A stretch of 62,989 nucleotides of DNA from an uncultured Patescibacteria group bacterium (GTDB lineage Bacteria > Patescibacteriota > JACMRA01): positions 1-62,989 of the forward strand of contig CALIJC010000009.1 in assembly GCA_938017575.1 (NCBI GenBank), read 5' to 3'. Made by a program: the position numbers and the translations under genes. Below the pieces are notes generated by a model that saw nothing but the letters and a program-made list of their open reading frames with translations, did not search any database and was not told where the DNA came from. Of this stretch, positions 35,901-45,911 are shown piece by piece; positions within the stretch are counted from its first letter, which is position 1, and each line of letters starts with the position of its first letter.

Positions 35901-37454
35901 TTACCAGCTTCCGCCGCCTCCTGAGAAACCTCCGCCTCCTCCAGAGTATCCACCACCTCCAGAAGAACTGCTTGGTGGGGTGTAGAATCTGGCAGAATTT
36001 AGATTAGTGGCTAGGAGTCCTGAATTATTCACTTGGTTGTTTTTAGGTAGAATTTTGCCAAAGTATTTATTAAACCCGGCGAGCATCCCGAAACTAGCCG
36101 CGTAGGGAACATTTTTCAAATAATACTGCACACCGTCACGAGGGTTGTTGCTGAAATCTAGCTTATCTTTGAGAACATAATCCAAAAAATACCGATATTC
36201 TTTGATGTGAATTTTGTCCATAATACCTTGCTTGTTCAGATTTCCCCACTTGCGAACAATCACTAATAGAAATGGCAAAAAGAAGAAAATATTAACCATT
36301 CCAAAGCCTATCCAGCTATCTCCCAGCAAAAGGGTTTCTTGGAATACATTAAATAAAATAATTCCGCCAATTACCAATATAAGTGAGATTCCCAGCCACA
36401 CTCCAAAACTAGCCGCTGGTGAAAAAGGTTTTTGGGAGTATTTATCCTGAATTGTTTTATAGACATGGCTGTGTAGTTTCTCGCTGTGCTGACCAGGGTT
36501 GAGTTTGGAGGATAGTAGTCCTTTTTTAATTCCTTTGGATACCATCAAATCAATTGATTTATTAAAAATGCTAGGAAGCAAGCCTGTTGGTAGTTTTTTC
36601 TTTTTTGTTATTTCCATTTTAGGTTTCTTTTGGGAATTATCAGGTTTTATAGAAATATATTTGTTATGGTTTAACCACAGTAGATAGGAAACCAATGTTT
36701 TTTTCAAATCCAGCGAGCCCTCGGATAAAATAAACTGAGATTGCCATGGGTGTAGTCCCTTGGGTGGTTCATATCTAGTACCGTCCTTGGTAATTTTTGG
36801 TAGCTTTGGATCTCTTGCTAGTATAAACCAAAGCAGGTAACTGATTATTGTAATGCTGGTGAAGCTAAATATATATAGTCTATTTAAATTAAAGAATTTG
36901 CCAAATTGACTAATTTTTTCACCCCCAGGGTTAATTGTTTCAGAAACTTTGATTCCTTGGCAGGTTAGATCTCCTGAACAGACTGGTTGACCATTCAATC
37001 TAACTTCTTTCAATGGGTCTAGCCAGTCACGAAGGTAAACAGGTGAGATTTTATAATCAGGATTTATTTGGGTTTCTAATTGAAAATTATATTCATAAGT
37101 TTCAGGTGCTAGAAAGGTATTTTTTTCACCAATGCGAAATCTAAACTGGTCTCTTTCTTTGATAATGGAATATGGCTCCGAGACTGGTTCAGGATTAGTC
37201 AAACTAGATTTAGTAATAGAATTTACTTTGTAATCAAGCCAAACCCCATCAGAAAAAGTAGGAAGACTTAGGAAAATTCCTCTATTTTGGTTAGTTGGAA
37301 ATGTGTGAGAAATTGTATAGTCCAAAATAAGTTTGTCGTCTTCTTGGGTAGTGTTTATTTCTATTAAATTAGTCTGGATAAACTGGGCCTGAGCTGGTAG
37401 ATTAATCAAAAATAGTGAGAAAGATATTATTATCAGAAATAATTTTCGAAACAT
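35901..37454 (-). CDS. DUF2207-family membrane protein
   Basis: Signal peptide, large extracytoplasmic N-domain, several TM helices and the family-typical Gly-rich tail SSSGGGGYSGGGGGFSGGGGSW. Confidence 0.8.
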   Translation of the reverse strand: MFRKLFLIIISFSLFLINLPAQAQFIQTNLIEINTTQEDDKLILDYTISHTFPTNQNRGIFLSLPTFSDGVWLDYKVNSITKSSLTNPEPVSEPYSIIKERDQFRFRIGEKNTFLAPETYEYNFQLETQINPDYKISPVYLRDWLDPLKEVRLNGQPVCSGDLTCQGIKVSETINPGGEKISQFGKFFNLNRLYIFSFTSITIISYLLWFILARDPKLPKITKDGTRYEPPKGLHPWQSQFILSEGSLDLKKTLVSYLLWLNHNKYISIKPDNSQKKPKMEITKKKKLPTGLLPSIFNKSIDLMVSKGIKKGLLSSKLNPGQHSEKLHSHVYKTIQDKYSQKPFSPAASFGVWLGISLILVIGGIILFNVFQETLLLGDSWIGFGMVNIFFFLPFLLVIVRKWGNLNKQGIMDKIHIKEYRYFLDYVLKDKLDFSNNPRDGVQYYLKNVPYAASFGMLAGFNKYFGKILPKNNQVNNSGLLATNLNSARFYTPPSSSSGGGGYSGGGGGFSGGGGSW

Positions 37455-37525
37455 ATGCTGAGCATTATAAACAAATTCTAGCCAGTATGTCCAATAATAA
37501 AAGGGTAGCTGGGATTAACCTGTAG

Positions 37526-37554
37526 TTGACAAATTTTGAGTTTTAATTTAGATA
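37526..37554 (+). promoter_or_regulatory. Promoter TTGACA-N17-TAGATA for tuf
   Basis: TTGACA at 37526-37531 and TAGATA at 37549-37554. Confidence 0.55.
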
Positions 37555-37589
37555 TAAAAAGGTTACAAACAAATTTATATAGTTATTAT

Positions 37590-38777
37590 ATGGCAGATGT
37601 ATTTAATAGAGATAAGGTTCACGTAAATATTGGAACTATTGGTCACGTAGACCACGGAAAAACAACATTAACAGCGGCAATCGTTGATTACGCATCGAAA
37701 GCTGGAAATGCAAAAGCAAGAAAATTTGATGAAATCGATGCTGCTCCTGAGGAGAAAGCTCGTGGAATCACCATTAACACAGCTCACGTTGAGTATGAGA
37801 CTACTCCTCGACACTACGCTCACGTTGACTGTCCTGGACACGCTGATTATGTTAAGAACATGATCACAGGTGCGGCTCAAATGGATGCAGCTATTTTAGT
37901 TGTTGCAGCTACTGACGGTCCTATGCCTCAGACTCGAGAACACATCCTTCTTGCTCGTCAGGTTGGAGTACCAAAGATGGTTGTATTCTTGAACAAATGT
38001 GATATGGTAGATGATGCCGACATGATTGAATTAGTTGAAGAAGAAGTTAGAGATCTATTGACAAAATATGGTTTCGATGGCGCTGCAACTCCAATCATCC
38101 AAGGTTCAGCTTTGAAAGCTCTTGAAGGGGATGCTACATACACAGCTAAAATTGGTGAACTACTAGACACCCTAGATAGTTATATCGAAGAACCAGTTCG
38201 TGAAACAGACAAAGATTTCTTGATGGCTATCGAGGATGTGTTCTCAATCACTGGACGTGGAACAGTATCTACTGGTAGAATCGAAAGAGGAACAGTAAAT
38301 CTAAACGATGCAGTAGAAATTGTCGGATTAGCTGACACACAAAACACTGTTGTTACTGGAATCGAGATGTTCAACAAACAATTAGACAAAGGTATGGCTG
38401 GTGATAACGCTGGATTACTTTTGAGAGGTGTTAACAAAGAACAAATTCAAAGAGGAATGGTACTTGCTAAACCAGGTTCAATCACTCCACACACTGAATT
38501 TGAAGCAACTTTGTATATCCTAACAAAAGAAGAAGGCGGTCGACACACTCCAATCCTACCTGGATACAAACCTCAGTTCTACATAAGAACAACTGACGTT
38601 ACTGGAGCTATGGCTTTCGCTGACGCTGGTAAACAAATGGCTATGCCTGGAGACACAGAAGTACCTGTTAAAGTTACTCTTGAAAAACCAGTAGCTATTG
38701 AAGATGGAATGAAATTCGCTGTACGTGAAGGTGGTCGAACAATCGGTGCCGGAATCGTTACAAAGATTGTAAAGTAA
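37590..38777 (+). CDS. tuf: Elongation factor Tu
   Basis: From the ATG at 37590 ([27 protein letters not shown]). DCPGH and NKCD motifs. 395 aa. Confidence 0.98.
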   Translation: MADVFNRDKVHVNIGTIGHVDHGKTTLTAAIVDYASKAGNAKARKFDEIDAAPEEKARGITINTAHVEYETTPRHYAHVDCPGHADYVKNMITGAAQMDAAILVVAATDGPMPQTREHILLARQVGVPKMVVFLNKCDMVDDADMIELVEEEVRDLLTKYGFDGAATPIIQGSALKALEGDATYTAKIGELLDTLDSYIEEPVRETDKDFLMAIEDVFSITGRGTVSTGRIERGTVNLNDAVEIVGLADTQNTVVTGIEMFNKQLDKGMAGDNAGLLLRGVNKEQIQRGMVLAKPGSITPHTEFEATLYILTKEEGGRHTPILPGYKPQFYIRTTDVTGAMAFADAGKQMAMPGDTEVPVKVTLEKPVAIEDGMKFAVREGGRTIGAGIVTKIVK

Positions 38778-38819
38778 TTAAATATAACTATTTAATTTGA
38801 ATCTATCTAAATACAAGAT

Positions 38820-38842
38820 TACCCCGAAAGGGGTTTCTTTTT
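38820..38842 (+). terminator. Rho-independent terminator of tuf
   Basis: acccc gaaa ggggt followed by ttcttttt. Confidence 0.8.
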
Positions 38843-38942
38843 ATATATTTTTTATTAACATCACCCAGTAATCACTGTAGCCCCTTGACAATCCATAAAA
38901 TTACTAATATAAGGTTCTAATTACTTTGTAGGATGAACTGTT

Positions 38943-39320
38943 GTGAGAAATCTATCACTGATCAAGTATGGGGTATTCTGGGGTGGGTTAGTACTTCTGA
39001 ATTCCTGCTCGCAGGTTGGTTTTAAAGAAAAAGCAACAAAAATTGAGCCAGGAGCAACTGAATTCAGGCTTTCATGTAAAACTAATCCTCCCAAACATGA
39101 GGAAGCTTGGTATATAGTAGGTCTTGGATGCAGCGGTGACCAAAATAATAAGGTTACTATTGCTTTTAAAGAAGGTGATGGTCCAGATAAATGTATCCAG
39201 GCCTCCGATGGAGTAATCTCACTGAAAATTTGTAAAAATCAACTTGCTGGGAGAGTAGCAGTTTTTGAAAAAGTGTTTAACCCTAGCGAACGAATCAGTT
39301 TCAAAATTTTGAAAAGCTAA
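38943..39320 (+). CDS. Lipoprotein (hypothetical), paralogue of the 39427..39810 gene
   Basis: GTG start after agga. Lipobox LLNSC. Shares VGLGCSGD with VSVGCSGP in the neighbour. Confidence 0.55.
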   Translation: MRNLSLIKYGVFWGGLVLLNSCSQVGFKEKATKIEPGATEFRLSCKTNPPKHEEAWYIVGLGCSGDQNNKVTIAFKEGDGPDKCIQASDGVISLKICKNQLAGRVAVFEKVFNPSERISFKILKS

Positions 39321-39426
39321 TATTCGACTTACCAAAAAAAGTTCATATATCTATATGGGCTTTTCTGTTTTCTTGACAATAAAAAAGTAGAAGCGTATAA
39401 AAAACAGATTGTTGTGGGATGGGATT

Positions 39427-39810
39427 ATGATTCCAAAGAAAAGATGTCTCTTACTTAGTTTACTAACAGCCTGGTTAGTTTCAAGCTGTTCTCTTTTTGA
39501 AAAGAAACAATTAAAAACCACTGATCTAAGCACAGCCCTCAACTGCAGTGGGGGACCAAAAATTCTTGAGAATCATGATTTTGTAGTTAGTGTAGGATGT
39601 TCAGGTCCGACTTTGTCTCATGTAAGCACAACCTTCATTGAATCAAAAAATCCAATATCTCCATTAGAAATAGAATTGTTTACAATATTGCCTGGAGATC
39701 GTAAAATGAGCACTAGTCTAAACTCAGACAATTTTAGTTATGGTCAAAACATAACTTTGGCAAATTACTTTCCAAAAAATGCCAACATTGAAATTAGTCT
39801 AGTTAAATAA
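39427..39810 (+). CDS. Lipoprotein (hypothetical), paralogue of the 38943..39320 gene
   Basis: ATG at 39427 (MIPKKRCLLLSLLTAWLVSSCS). Lipobox LVSSC. Confidence 0.55.
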   Translation: MIPKKRCLLLSLLTAWLVSSCSLFEKKQLKTTDLSTALNCSGGPKILENHDFVVSVGCSGPTLSHVSTTFIESKNPISPLEIELFTILPGDRKMSTSLNSDNFSYGQNITLANYFPKNANIEISLVK

Positions 39811-39839
39811 TAAACATTTAATTTCGGTAAATTTGAAAC

Positions 39840-39874
39840 CACCCCCTTGTTTTTATTGGGGGTGTATATTTTTT
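39840..39874 (+). terminator. Rho-independent terminator
   Basis: caccccc ttgtttttatt gggggtg followed by tatatttttt. Confidence 0.75.
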
Positions 39875-39925
39875 AATTAGAATCCAATTGTTGACCACAA
39901 AAAAAGTATATAGTTTATTCAGGGT

Positions 39926-40465
39926 ATGAAATATATAGCGTTGTTGCGTGGAATTAATGTTGGTGGAAATAACAAAATTGATATGAAGGCATTAGTAAAA
40001 ACTTTTGCCAAAGCAGGTTATAAAAACGTATCAACCTATATAAATACAGGCAATATAATTTTTGAAACTAGTGAAACTGATTATAAAAAAATAGCCAGTA
40101 ATATCAATAAATGGATTAGTAATGATTTTCATTTAGATATTCCAGTTCTATTAAAATCAGCCGATGAGTTTATTGCTATTTCTAACCAAGTTCCAGAGAT
40201 CTATCAAAATAACAAAGAACAAAAAACAGATGTAATGTTTCTGTGGGCTGAGACTGATTCCAAAAAAGTTCTAGGTGAATTTAGTACTAATCCGCTAGTT
40301 GATAAAGTCAAATATGTTCCTGGTGCATTAATCTGGCATATAGATAAAAGTTCATATAATCAAAGTAAATTGGGAGATTTAATAAAATTAAAATTGTATA
40401 AACAAATGACAATTAGAAATGTGAACACAGTCAGAAAAATAGCAAAATTACTAACCTCTGATTAA
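39926..40465 (+). CDS. DUF1697 domain-containing protein
   Basis: MKYIALLRGINVGGNNKIDMKAL is the characteristic DUF1697 N-terminus. Confidence 0.8.
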   Translation: MKYIALLRGINVGGNNKIDMKALVKTFAKAGYKNVSTYINTGNIIFETSETDYKKIASNINKWISNDFHLDIPVLLKSADEFIAISNQVPEIYQNNKEQKTDVMFLWAETDSKKVLGEFSTNPLVDKVKYVPGALIWHIDKSSYNQSKLGDLIKLKLYKQMTIRNVNTVRKIAKLLTSD

Positions 40466-40475
40466 ACAATATTTT

Positions 40476-40504
40476 TTGACATAAAACCTATATTTAGCTA
40501 GTAT
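40476..40504 (+). promoter_or_regulatory. Promoter TTGACA-N17-TAGTAT, -10 box 7 nt from the ATG
   Basis: TTGACA at 40476-40481 and TAGTAT at 40499-40504, then catcaat and the ATG at 40512. Confidence 0.5.
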
Positions 40505-40511
40505 CATCAAT

Positions 40512-41180
40512 ATGCAAACAAAAACACGTAATAGCCAATCTTTTCTAGTAAAAGCTTATACTCATACCCTTGGTGGTTTGGTTGTTTTTGCAATATTTCA
40601 ATTTATTATGCAGCTCCTTGGAGTAGGTAGTTTTTTGATTAATTTAATATCAAGTGTGAATTTTTTCTCCTTTATTTATTTTATTCTCTTTGCAGGAATT
40701 ACCAGTTATGCCAGCAGCAATGCCCGAAGAGCTACTACTAAATCTAGTCAATATCTAGCTTTTTCCGGATATTTATTAGTTGAGGCTCTGTTTTTCTCAC
40801 CTCTTATATATGTAGCATATATGGCCGGAATTTTACCAATCGCCATAGCTGCAACGGCTGCGCTGTTTATTATTTTAACAATTACAGTTTTAATAACTGG
40901 AAAAGATTTTTCATTCCTGCGAGGTTTTATCACCTATGCTTCAATTCTCGCCTTTGTAATTTTACTAGCTTCGTTTATTTTCCCAGCCCTAGCCGCAAGT
41001 AGTATTTTCAGCGGGTTCATGATTCTATTGGCAGGTAGCTACATTTTGTTTGATACCTCCAAAATCCTTTATAATTACCGTGAAGATCAGTACATCTCTG
41101 CAGCGGTTGCTCTAACCAGTTCAATCATACTACTGCTATGGTATGTAATACGGTTTTTCCTTCGTTCTAGTAGGAATTAG
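40512..41180 (+). CDS. Bax inhibitor-1/YccA family membrane protein
   Basis: 7-TM protein with a C-terminal LAGSYILFDTSKIL...LLLW pattern. Confidence 0.8.
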   Translation: MQTKTRNSQSFLVKAYTHTLGGLVVFAIFQFIMQLLGVGSFLINLISSVNFFSFIYFILFAGITSYASSNARRATTKSSQYLAFSGYLLVEALFFSPLIYVAYMAGILPIAIAATAALFIILTITVLITGKDFSFLRGFITYASILAFVILLASFIFPALAASSIFSGFMILLAGSYILFDTSKILYNYREDQYISAAVALTSSIILLLWYVIRFFLRSSRN

Positions 41181-41188
41181 TTAGTGTT

Positions 41189-42919
41189 TTAACTATTTAA
41201 CTTACCTCTATTATCGTGGTATTCGCTAGCATTTAAAATCATAATTTGGGGTTTATTATTTTCAACATATACAATCATTCGGTCTCCAGTTGTTATATTT
41301 ATTTTAATTGCATTTTCTAATTTCTTTCCAATTATCATTCTTTTTCTTACCTCATTCTTTTTATATAAAATTTCACTTTGGTATTTCATTTCATACGATA
41401 TTGATTGGGCTAGGGAGCTAACATTATTATCAAAGTTATCCACATAATCAATCACTGAATCTATATAGGCTAAAAGTGTTGGGTTTATTTTTATATTTTT
41501 TAACTCCCCTTTTTCACCGTAATTACTTAACCTATTTGAAACTGATTCTTGAGATGGTTTAGTTTCCATAACCTCAGTCTGCACCTCCTCAGATTGCCCT
41601 TTTTGTTTAAAAGGCTTGTATTCATATTGGTATGCATCATTCTGAATTTTTTCTCCAACAGGCTGACTTCCAAGGCTATCAGAAATTTCCAACTTCAACT
41701 CATCTGCTTGTTCTAAAAGATTATCTGTAACACCTTCGGTTGAGTCTTCTTGTCTCAGTCTACTATTTGGGTTGATATATGTATCAAATAGGTCAGTATA
41801 TATTCTATATGTCTCACTAATTTTTTTTCTAAATTTCCGTAAATCTTTTGGAGGGGTTAATCTTTCTTCTTTTTTTACCTGCTGAGAAACCCATAAAGTT
41901 CTATAAAGTTGATTTAATAACTCTGCAATTGGAGTAGCATATTCATCAAACTCCATTCCGCCCATACCAGGATTATTTAAAATCAAGCTTACGCCATCTT
42001 GGCCACTTGAAAATGTATGCAACCCGATCAAAAGCTTCTCCATCTCAGTAAAATCAATATCCATTTGATCCAAGTCGTCATAGCCTAAATTAAAACTAAT
42101 TAATTGCATATTTTCAACAGGCTCTGAGTGTGAAATACCTTTTGAATTAAGCTTATTGATTATTGATTGAAACTGTTCTGGCTGGTGAGAGATAGAGGCA
42201 AATAATATCTTCAGCAAAGCTGATAACTGGCTAACATTCTTTAATTCAGTCCCTAAAATATTATACCCACCCATGTTGAGTTCTTTAATAGGCTCAACAA
42301 GTTTTATACTAACTTCATCGTCTTTGAAATACTCATTCATCCCATTAACTAAAAACCCAATCATGGAAATTCCTTTAACGTAATCAAAGTCACTATCGTT
42401 TAGCTTTACAATGTTGTTATATGAGTTGTATATTATTCTTCCAGCAATTATCTTGGAAACCATACCATGGTAATCAAATTCAGTAGATTTTTTAAAGCTT
42501 TCAAATTTCCCCCTAAAAACAACATCAAAATCATTTTTTGCTAAATTAACTCCTCTGGCTTTTTCGGTGGTGTAGAGTATTTCTTTAAATTTACCTACCA
42601 TTTTATAAAAAAGACCTTCTTCTAGGTATTCTTTTTTTAGTTCTATAAACAGTTTTAACTCGTCTTCTTTAAAGTTATATTGTTTATATGGAATTATAGT
42701 CTCAAAAAGTTTATCAAACAATTCATCCTGTATATCAACAATATCCTCCTTAATTCCTTCTCCATAAACTTGGGCGATAAAATACAAAGTATCCTTTATT
42801 TCAGTAATTCTTTCTTTGGCAAAATCACTTATAGTTTCAAAATTCTCAATCCTTTTTCCATTTAGAGATCTCTCACTTTTGTTAGGTTTATTTAATTCTG
42901 AATTATTCTCCTGAGCCAT
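41189..42919 (-). CDS. Large hypothetical protein (576 aa) with a RelE/ParE-like C-terminal segment
   Basis: No motif recognised in the first 460 or so aa. The C-terminus KINITTGDRMIVYVENNKPQIMILNASEYHD resembles the RelE/ParE core (K.KLR.GDYRLIY.V.D....V.VL.V.HR). Confidence 0.7.
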   Translation of the reverse strand: MAQENNSELNKPNKSERSLNGKRIENFETISDFAKERITEIKDTLYFIAQVYGEGIKEDIVDIQDELFDKLFETIIPYKQYNFKEDELKLFIELKKEYLEEGLFYKMVGKFKEILYTTEKARGVNLAKNDFDVVFRGKFESFKKSTEFDYHGMVSKIIAGRIIYNSYNNIVKLNDSDFDYVKGISMIGFLVNGMNEYFKDDEVSIKLVEPIKELNMGGYNILGTELKNVSQLSALLKILFASISHQPEQFQSIINKLNSKGISHSEPVENMQLISFNLGYDDLDQMDIDFTEMEKLLIGLHTFSSGQDGVSLILNNPGMGGMEFDEYATPIAELLNQLYRTLWVSQQVKKEERLTPPKDLRKFRKKISETYRIYTDLFDTYINPNSRLRQEDSTEGVTDNLLEQADELKLEISDSLGSQPVGEKIQNDAYQYEYKPFKQKGQSEEVQTEVMETKPSQESVSNRLSNYGEKGELKNIKINPTLLAYIDSVIDYVDNFDNNVSSLAQSISYEMKYQSEILYKKNEVRKRMIIGKKLENAIKINITTGDRMIVYVENNKPQIMILNASEYHDNRGKLNS

Positions 42920-43019
42920 ATATATTATGAATTTAAAAAGAAAAATGTTTTTTTACAAGTTGATTTGACCAAAATCAAATTTACATGGATAAAATGCAAG
43001 GTAGGTTCTCTAGAAAATA

Positions 43020-43700
43020 ATGGAAGTTTCTGGTAAAGTTTCTGAAATAAAGAATTATTCTGATATCATTCTTGAATTACTTAGACTATCAATTATCATA
43101 GCTTTAATGTTTATTGCTATGCCTATCTTAGAGCAAACTATTGGTAGCGAAAAAATCTCTAGAATTATCAACCAAGCTGGGCCAGTAGGGGTGCTGGGCT
43201 ATCTTTTACTAAAAGTACTATCTATAGTGATTCCCCAAATCCCTTTCGAGCCTGTAACTATTATCTTTAATAGGAATGTTGGTTTCTGGGTTGCTTTGTT
43301 TTATTCGATAATTACTATTCTTATCGGTGGGAGTATTAATTTTTTCATCAGTAGAAAATTCGGCCATCAAATAAAAGCATTAGTTGGTAAAAGAATAATT
43401 CAATTTATCAAACTACGAGCAACAAGGCTTTCAGATAAATCTTGGCTATTTGTTGTTTTCCTTTTTTTTGGGTTTAGTTTTAAATACACTAGCTATGTTC
43501 TCGGAATGAGTAATGTTAGTTATAGCGTTTTTATTAAATCAATGCTACCAGGCAGTATTTCAATCACTCTTTTATGCGTGCTTAGAGATATTAATATTGG
43601 TAGCAACAATTCGCTTGCCTTTGCATGTTTAGTTGGGGTTGTGTTAATTAACCTCTTAGGTATGTATGGAGTAAAACTATTATGTAGTATAAATCAGTAA
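43020..43700 (+). CDS. TVP38/TMEM64-like membrane protein (third, divergent copy)
   Basis: Multi-TM with IPQIPFEPVTIIFNRNVGFWVALFYSIITILIGGSINFFISRKFG. Confidence 0.6.
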   Translation: MEVSGKVSEIKNYSDIILELLRLSIIIALMFIAMPILEQTIGSEKISRIINQAGPVGVLGYLLLKVLSIVIPQIPFEPVTIIFNRNVGFWVALFYSIITILIGGSINFFISRKFGHQIKALVGKRIIQFIKLRATRLSDKSWLFVVFLFFGFSFKYTSYVLGMSNVSYSVFIKSMLPGSISITLLCVLRDINIGSNNSLAFACLVGVVLINLLGMYGVKLLCSINQ

Positions 43701-43809
43701 CTTTTAATATTTCATTGCAAGCAAGTTGGGTAGTAACCAGCTTGTTTTTTCTTGACTATATATTAAGTTTATATCTAAACTAAATTAGAGGATAGTTGGA
43801 GATTTATAA

Positions 43810-44070
43810 ATGATAGTACAAATAATCTATCTAATGTGTGGTTTTGGCTGCATATTACTTAGTCTCAATATATTATCTATTTCGATATGTGGATCATTAT
43901 TCTATTTACTAATGTTTAGTGGATTGATAACCCTCAGTATCGATCCCAGTTTATTAGATTATTTCGCTATTCCTTTTGTGATTTTTTCGATTATTTTCAA
44001 AGTGCTGGTTAGTTCTGGGCTAGATGAGCAAATAACTGCCAAAGAGCTTGGTTCATATTTCGACATTTAG
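43810..44070 (+). CDS. Small membrane protein (hypothetical)
   Basis: 86 aa with 3 hydrophobic segments. Confidence 0.35.
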   Translation: MIVQIIYLMCGFGCILLSLNILSISICGSLFYLLMFSGLITLSIDPSLLDYFAIPFVIFSIIFKVLVSSGLDEQITAKELGSYFDI

Positions 44071-44559
44071 TTATTCTAAATTAAAAATAAATTCGCTTCC
44101 AAATCCATCTTTTTTACGGGGTTTGGTCTTTTTTTTGGATAGTTTTTTTGTAATAAATTCAATAAACTCTTCCTTGTCTTCTAGTTCACTAACAGTAGTG
44201 CCATTGTAATAATAGGCAAACCTACCACGGCCCAGGTACATTTTGTAGTCAGGTTTTGGGTATAGCTTCATTATTAACTTATCATTCCAGCCTCTCTCTA
44301 CCATGTCTTGTTTGTTCAAAAAATAAATTTCTTCTTTACCCTCTTCGGCTATTTTGGTTTCTACCCATTCAAATAGTAAGATAAATTTTCCCGGATTCTT
44401 TCTCAGAGAAAGTGGTAAACGTGCACCGTTTTCTTTGTAGTATTCACGGCGAACATGACTCCAAATATGTTTCATCTTGGAAAACTGATCTCCATAAAGA
44501 ACCACCAATCTTTTGTGGATAGCGTTTAGTGATTTTAAATCTTTTTCTGTAGGTTCCAT
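44071..44559 (-). CDS. Hypothetical protein with Lys-rich C-terminus
   Basis: 162 aa, ATG start. Its stop abuts the stop of the convergent 43810..44070 ORF. Confidence 0.55.
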   Translation of the reverse strand: MEPTEKDLKSLNAIHKRLVVLYGDQFSKMKHIWSHVRREYYKENGARLPLSLRKNPGKFILLFEWVETKIAEEGKEEIYFLNKQDMVERGWNDKLIMKLYPKPDYKMYLGRGRFAYYYNGTTVSELEDKEEFIEFITKKLSKKKTKPRKKDGFGSEFIFNLE

Positions 44560-44593
44560 TTAGCTAATAGTTCCAAATAAGCAAAAAAAAGTC

Positions 44594-44621
44594 AAAAAAA
44601 GCTGACTCAGCAAGGGCTGAG
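44594..44621 (-). terminator. Minus-strand terminator
   Basis: ctcagc aagg gctgag. On the minus strand it is followed by tcagcttttttt. Confidence 0.6.
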
Positions 44622-44645
44622 CCAATAATATTTTAGACAATTTAT

Positions 44646-44852
44646 TCACATGGTGGTAATCACCACAGAAAAATGCTCTTTAAATATACTCACAGTTAAA
44701 CTGAATATAATTAAACATGGAAATCTATATTTCAAATTAATAGGCATGGTTAATACTGCGAACATGGCAATTATTACTAATAACTCCAGTGTAACTAAAA
44801 ACAGTAAATAGTTAACATGGATCATAGCAGCCCATGCCACTCCTTTTTTCAC
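44646..44852 (-). CDS. Small membrane protein (hypothetical)
   Basis: 68 aa with 2 hydrophobic helices. Weak call. Confidence 0.3.
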   Translation of the reverse strand: MKKGVAWAAMIHVNYLLFLVTLELLVIIAMFAVLTMPINLKYRFPCLIIFSLTVSIFKEHFSVVITTM

Positions 44853-45000
44853 AAAAAGTAACTTTCAGAAATGTTTTGAAAAAGATATTAAATAGGTAAT
44901 CTATAGATTAAATACTACTTATTTAATACTTTTGATAGCAAAAAGTTACAAAGAGAAACATTAATGAAAAATAGTTCAAAACAATTATGGCTATAAAAAT
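44850..45000. repeat. Fragment of the intergenic repeat family (internal module plus terminator-associated tail)
   Basis: 44855-44960 resembles 48700-48835 (gtaactttcagaa...attaaatag...atttaatacttttgNtaNcaaaag). 44935-45010 resembles 45790-45875 (agagaaacatta..caattat.gctataa.aataaaaaaatcc). Confidence 0.6.
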
Positions 45001-45031
45001 AAAAAAATCCGACTCAGCAGATGCCAAGTCG
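45001..45031 (-). terminator. Minus-strand terminator of the 45056..45355 gene
   Basis: cgact (45010-45014) pairs with agtcg (45027-45031). On the minus strand it is followed by gattttttt. Confidence 0.6.
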
Positions 45032-45055
45032 TGAGTATTGTTGTTGTCCGCCACC

Positions 45056-45355
45056 TCACCAGAGAGCTACTCCTTTAGAGAGAGCCTCCGGAAAGTGGGT
45101 TAGAAATGGAAAGAATAAAAGTCCAGTGCAAACGTAGCATGAGAGTCTAACCCATTTCCCAACAGGGAAAACGGAGAATCCCAAAAAAAACAGCATAATC
45201 CCCAATTCCACGGCTGGGAGGGTGTATATGAAATCCTTCGAAATCATATACCCAGGCAGGAGAGTCATTCCTCCAAAGCAAACAAGCATCAAGGAAATCT
45301 GAAGCTTGGTAGGTGGGGTAGCCTTTTGAAGACGCTGGGACAAGTTTGAGCGCAT
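45056..45355 (-). CDS. Small 3-TM membrane protein (hypothetical), visibly GC-richer than its surroundings
   Basis: Strong SD aaggagga and a consensus promoter upstream. 99 aa. Confidence 0.55.
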   Translation of the reverse strand: MRSNLSQRLQKATPPTKLQISLMLVCFGGMTLLPGYMISKDFIYTLPAVELGIMLFFLGFSVFPVGKWVRLSCYVCTGLLFFPFLTHFPEALSKGVALW

Positions 45356-45383
45356 GGGTAGGATTCCTCCTTACAACCCCTTA

Positions 45384-45412
45384 ATATTAGGCTATTTTAA
45401 GGCTTTTGTCAA
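45384..45412 (-). promoter_or_regulatory. Promoter TTGACA-N17-TAATAT
   Basis: The reverse complement reads cTTGACAaaagccttaaaatagcc TAATAT, then the leader with aaggagga. Confidence 0.65.
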
Positions 45413-45553
45413 GGGTTTATAGCATATCCATATTGTACCACTGCTTGAGAAAATTGAAGTGTTAATACCTTTATAAAAACCCAAGTAAAAAATACAAAGA
45501 TAACCAATATATTAAATCTATTTGTAATATACTTCATTAAATTAACTACTATA

Positions 45554-45620
45554 GTCATCCTGAATTTAGTTCAGGATCCAGTATCGTTAAATTAGATTCC
45601 GGATCAAGTCCGGAATGACG
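45554..45620. repeat. Two GTCAT...GGATYC-type palindromic hairpin units
   Basis: gtcatcctgaatttagttcaggatcc (45554-45579) and gattccggatcaagtccggaatgac (45595-45620). Same family as 52576-52834. Confidence 0.6.
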
Positions 45621-45694
45621 CACATACCTATCTTATCTATTGTATAAAAAATCTAATTTCTCTATTAGTGCTTCAAATCAAATTATTTTACCAA

Positions 45695-45870
45695 TATGCC
45701 CTCTGCCCATGAGAATTTTAGTGAATAATTAAATCGACCCTGATTTAAATTATTTGCGTTAAGAAATTTTCATTTAAGAGTGATTTTGCGTAACTTTTTT
45801 CACAAAAAGCTACTAAGAGAAACATTAAAGAAAAACAATTCAAAGCAATTATAGCTATAAGAATAAAAAA
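45695..45870. repeat. Partial MITE-like copy (type-1 arm only) plus terminator-associated tail module
   Basis: The arm atgccctctgcccatgagaattttagtgaataattaaatCGACCCTGatttaaattatttgcgttaagaaattttcatttaagag is nearly identical to the arm at 61260-61345. No opposing arm is found. Confidence 0.6.
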
Positions 45871-45887
45871 ATCCGGTTTTAACCGGA
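45864..45887 (-). terminator. Rho-independent terminator of gyrA
   Basis: The minus strand reads tccgg ttaaaa ccgga followed by ttttttt. Confidence 0.7.
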
Positions 45888-45911
45888 ATAATTAATTATA
45901 ACTCTAGTGTA

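Noticed and set aside
35825-36007. ORF 35825..36007(+), 60 aa
   Set aside because: It starts inside the candidate sRNA, runs through its terminator and into the antisense of the DUF2207 gene. It has no SD.
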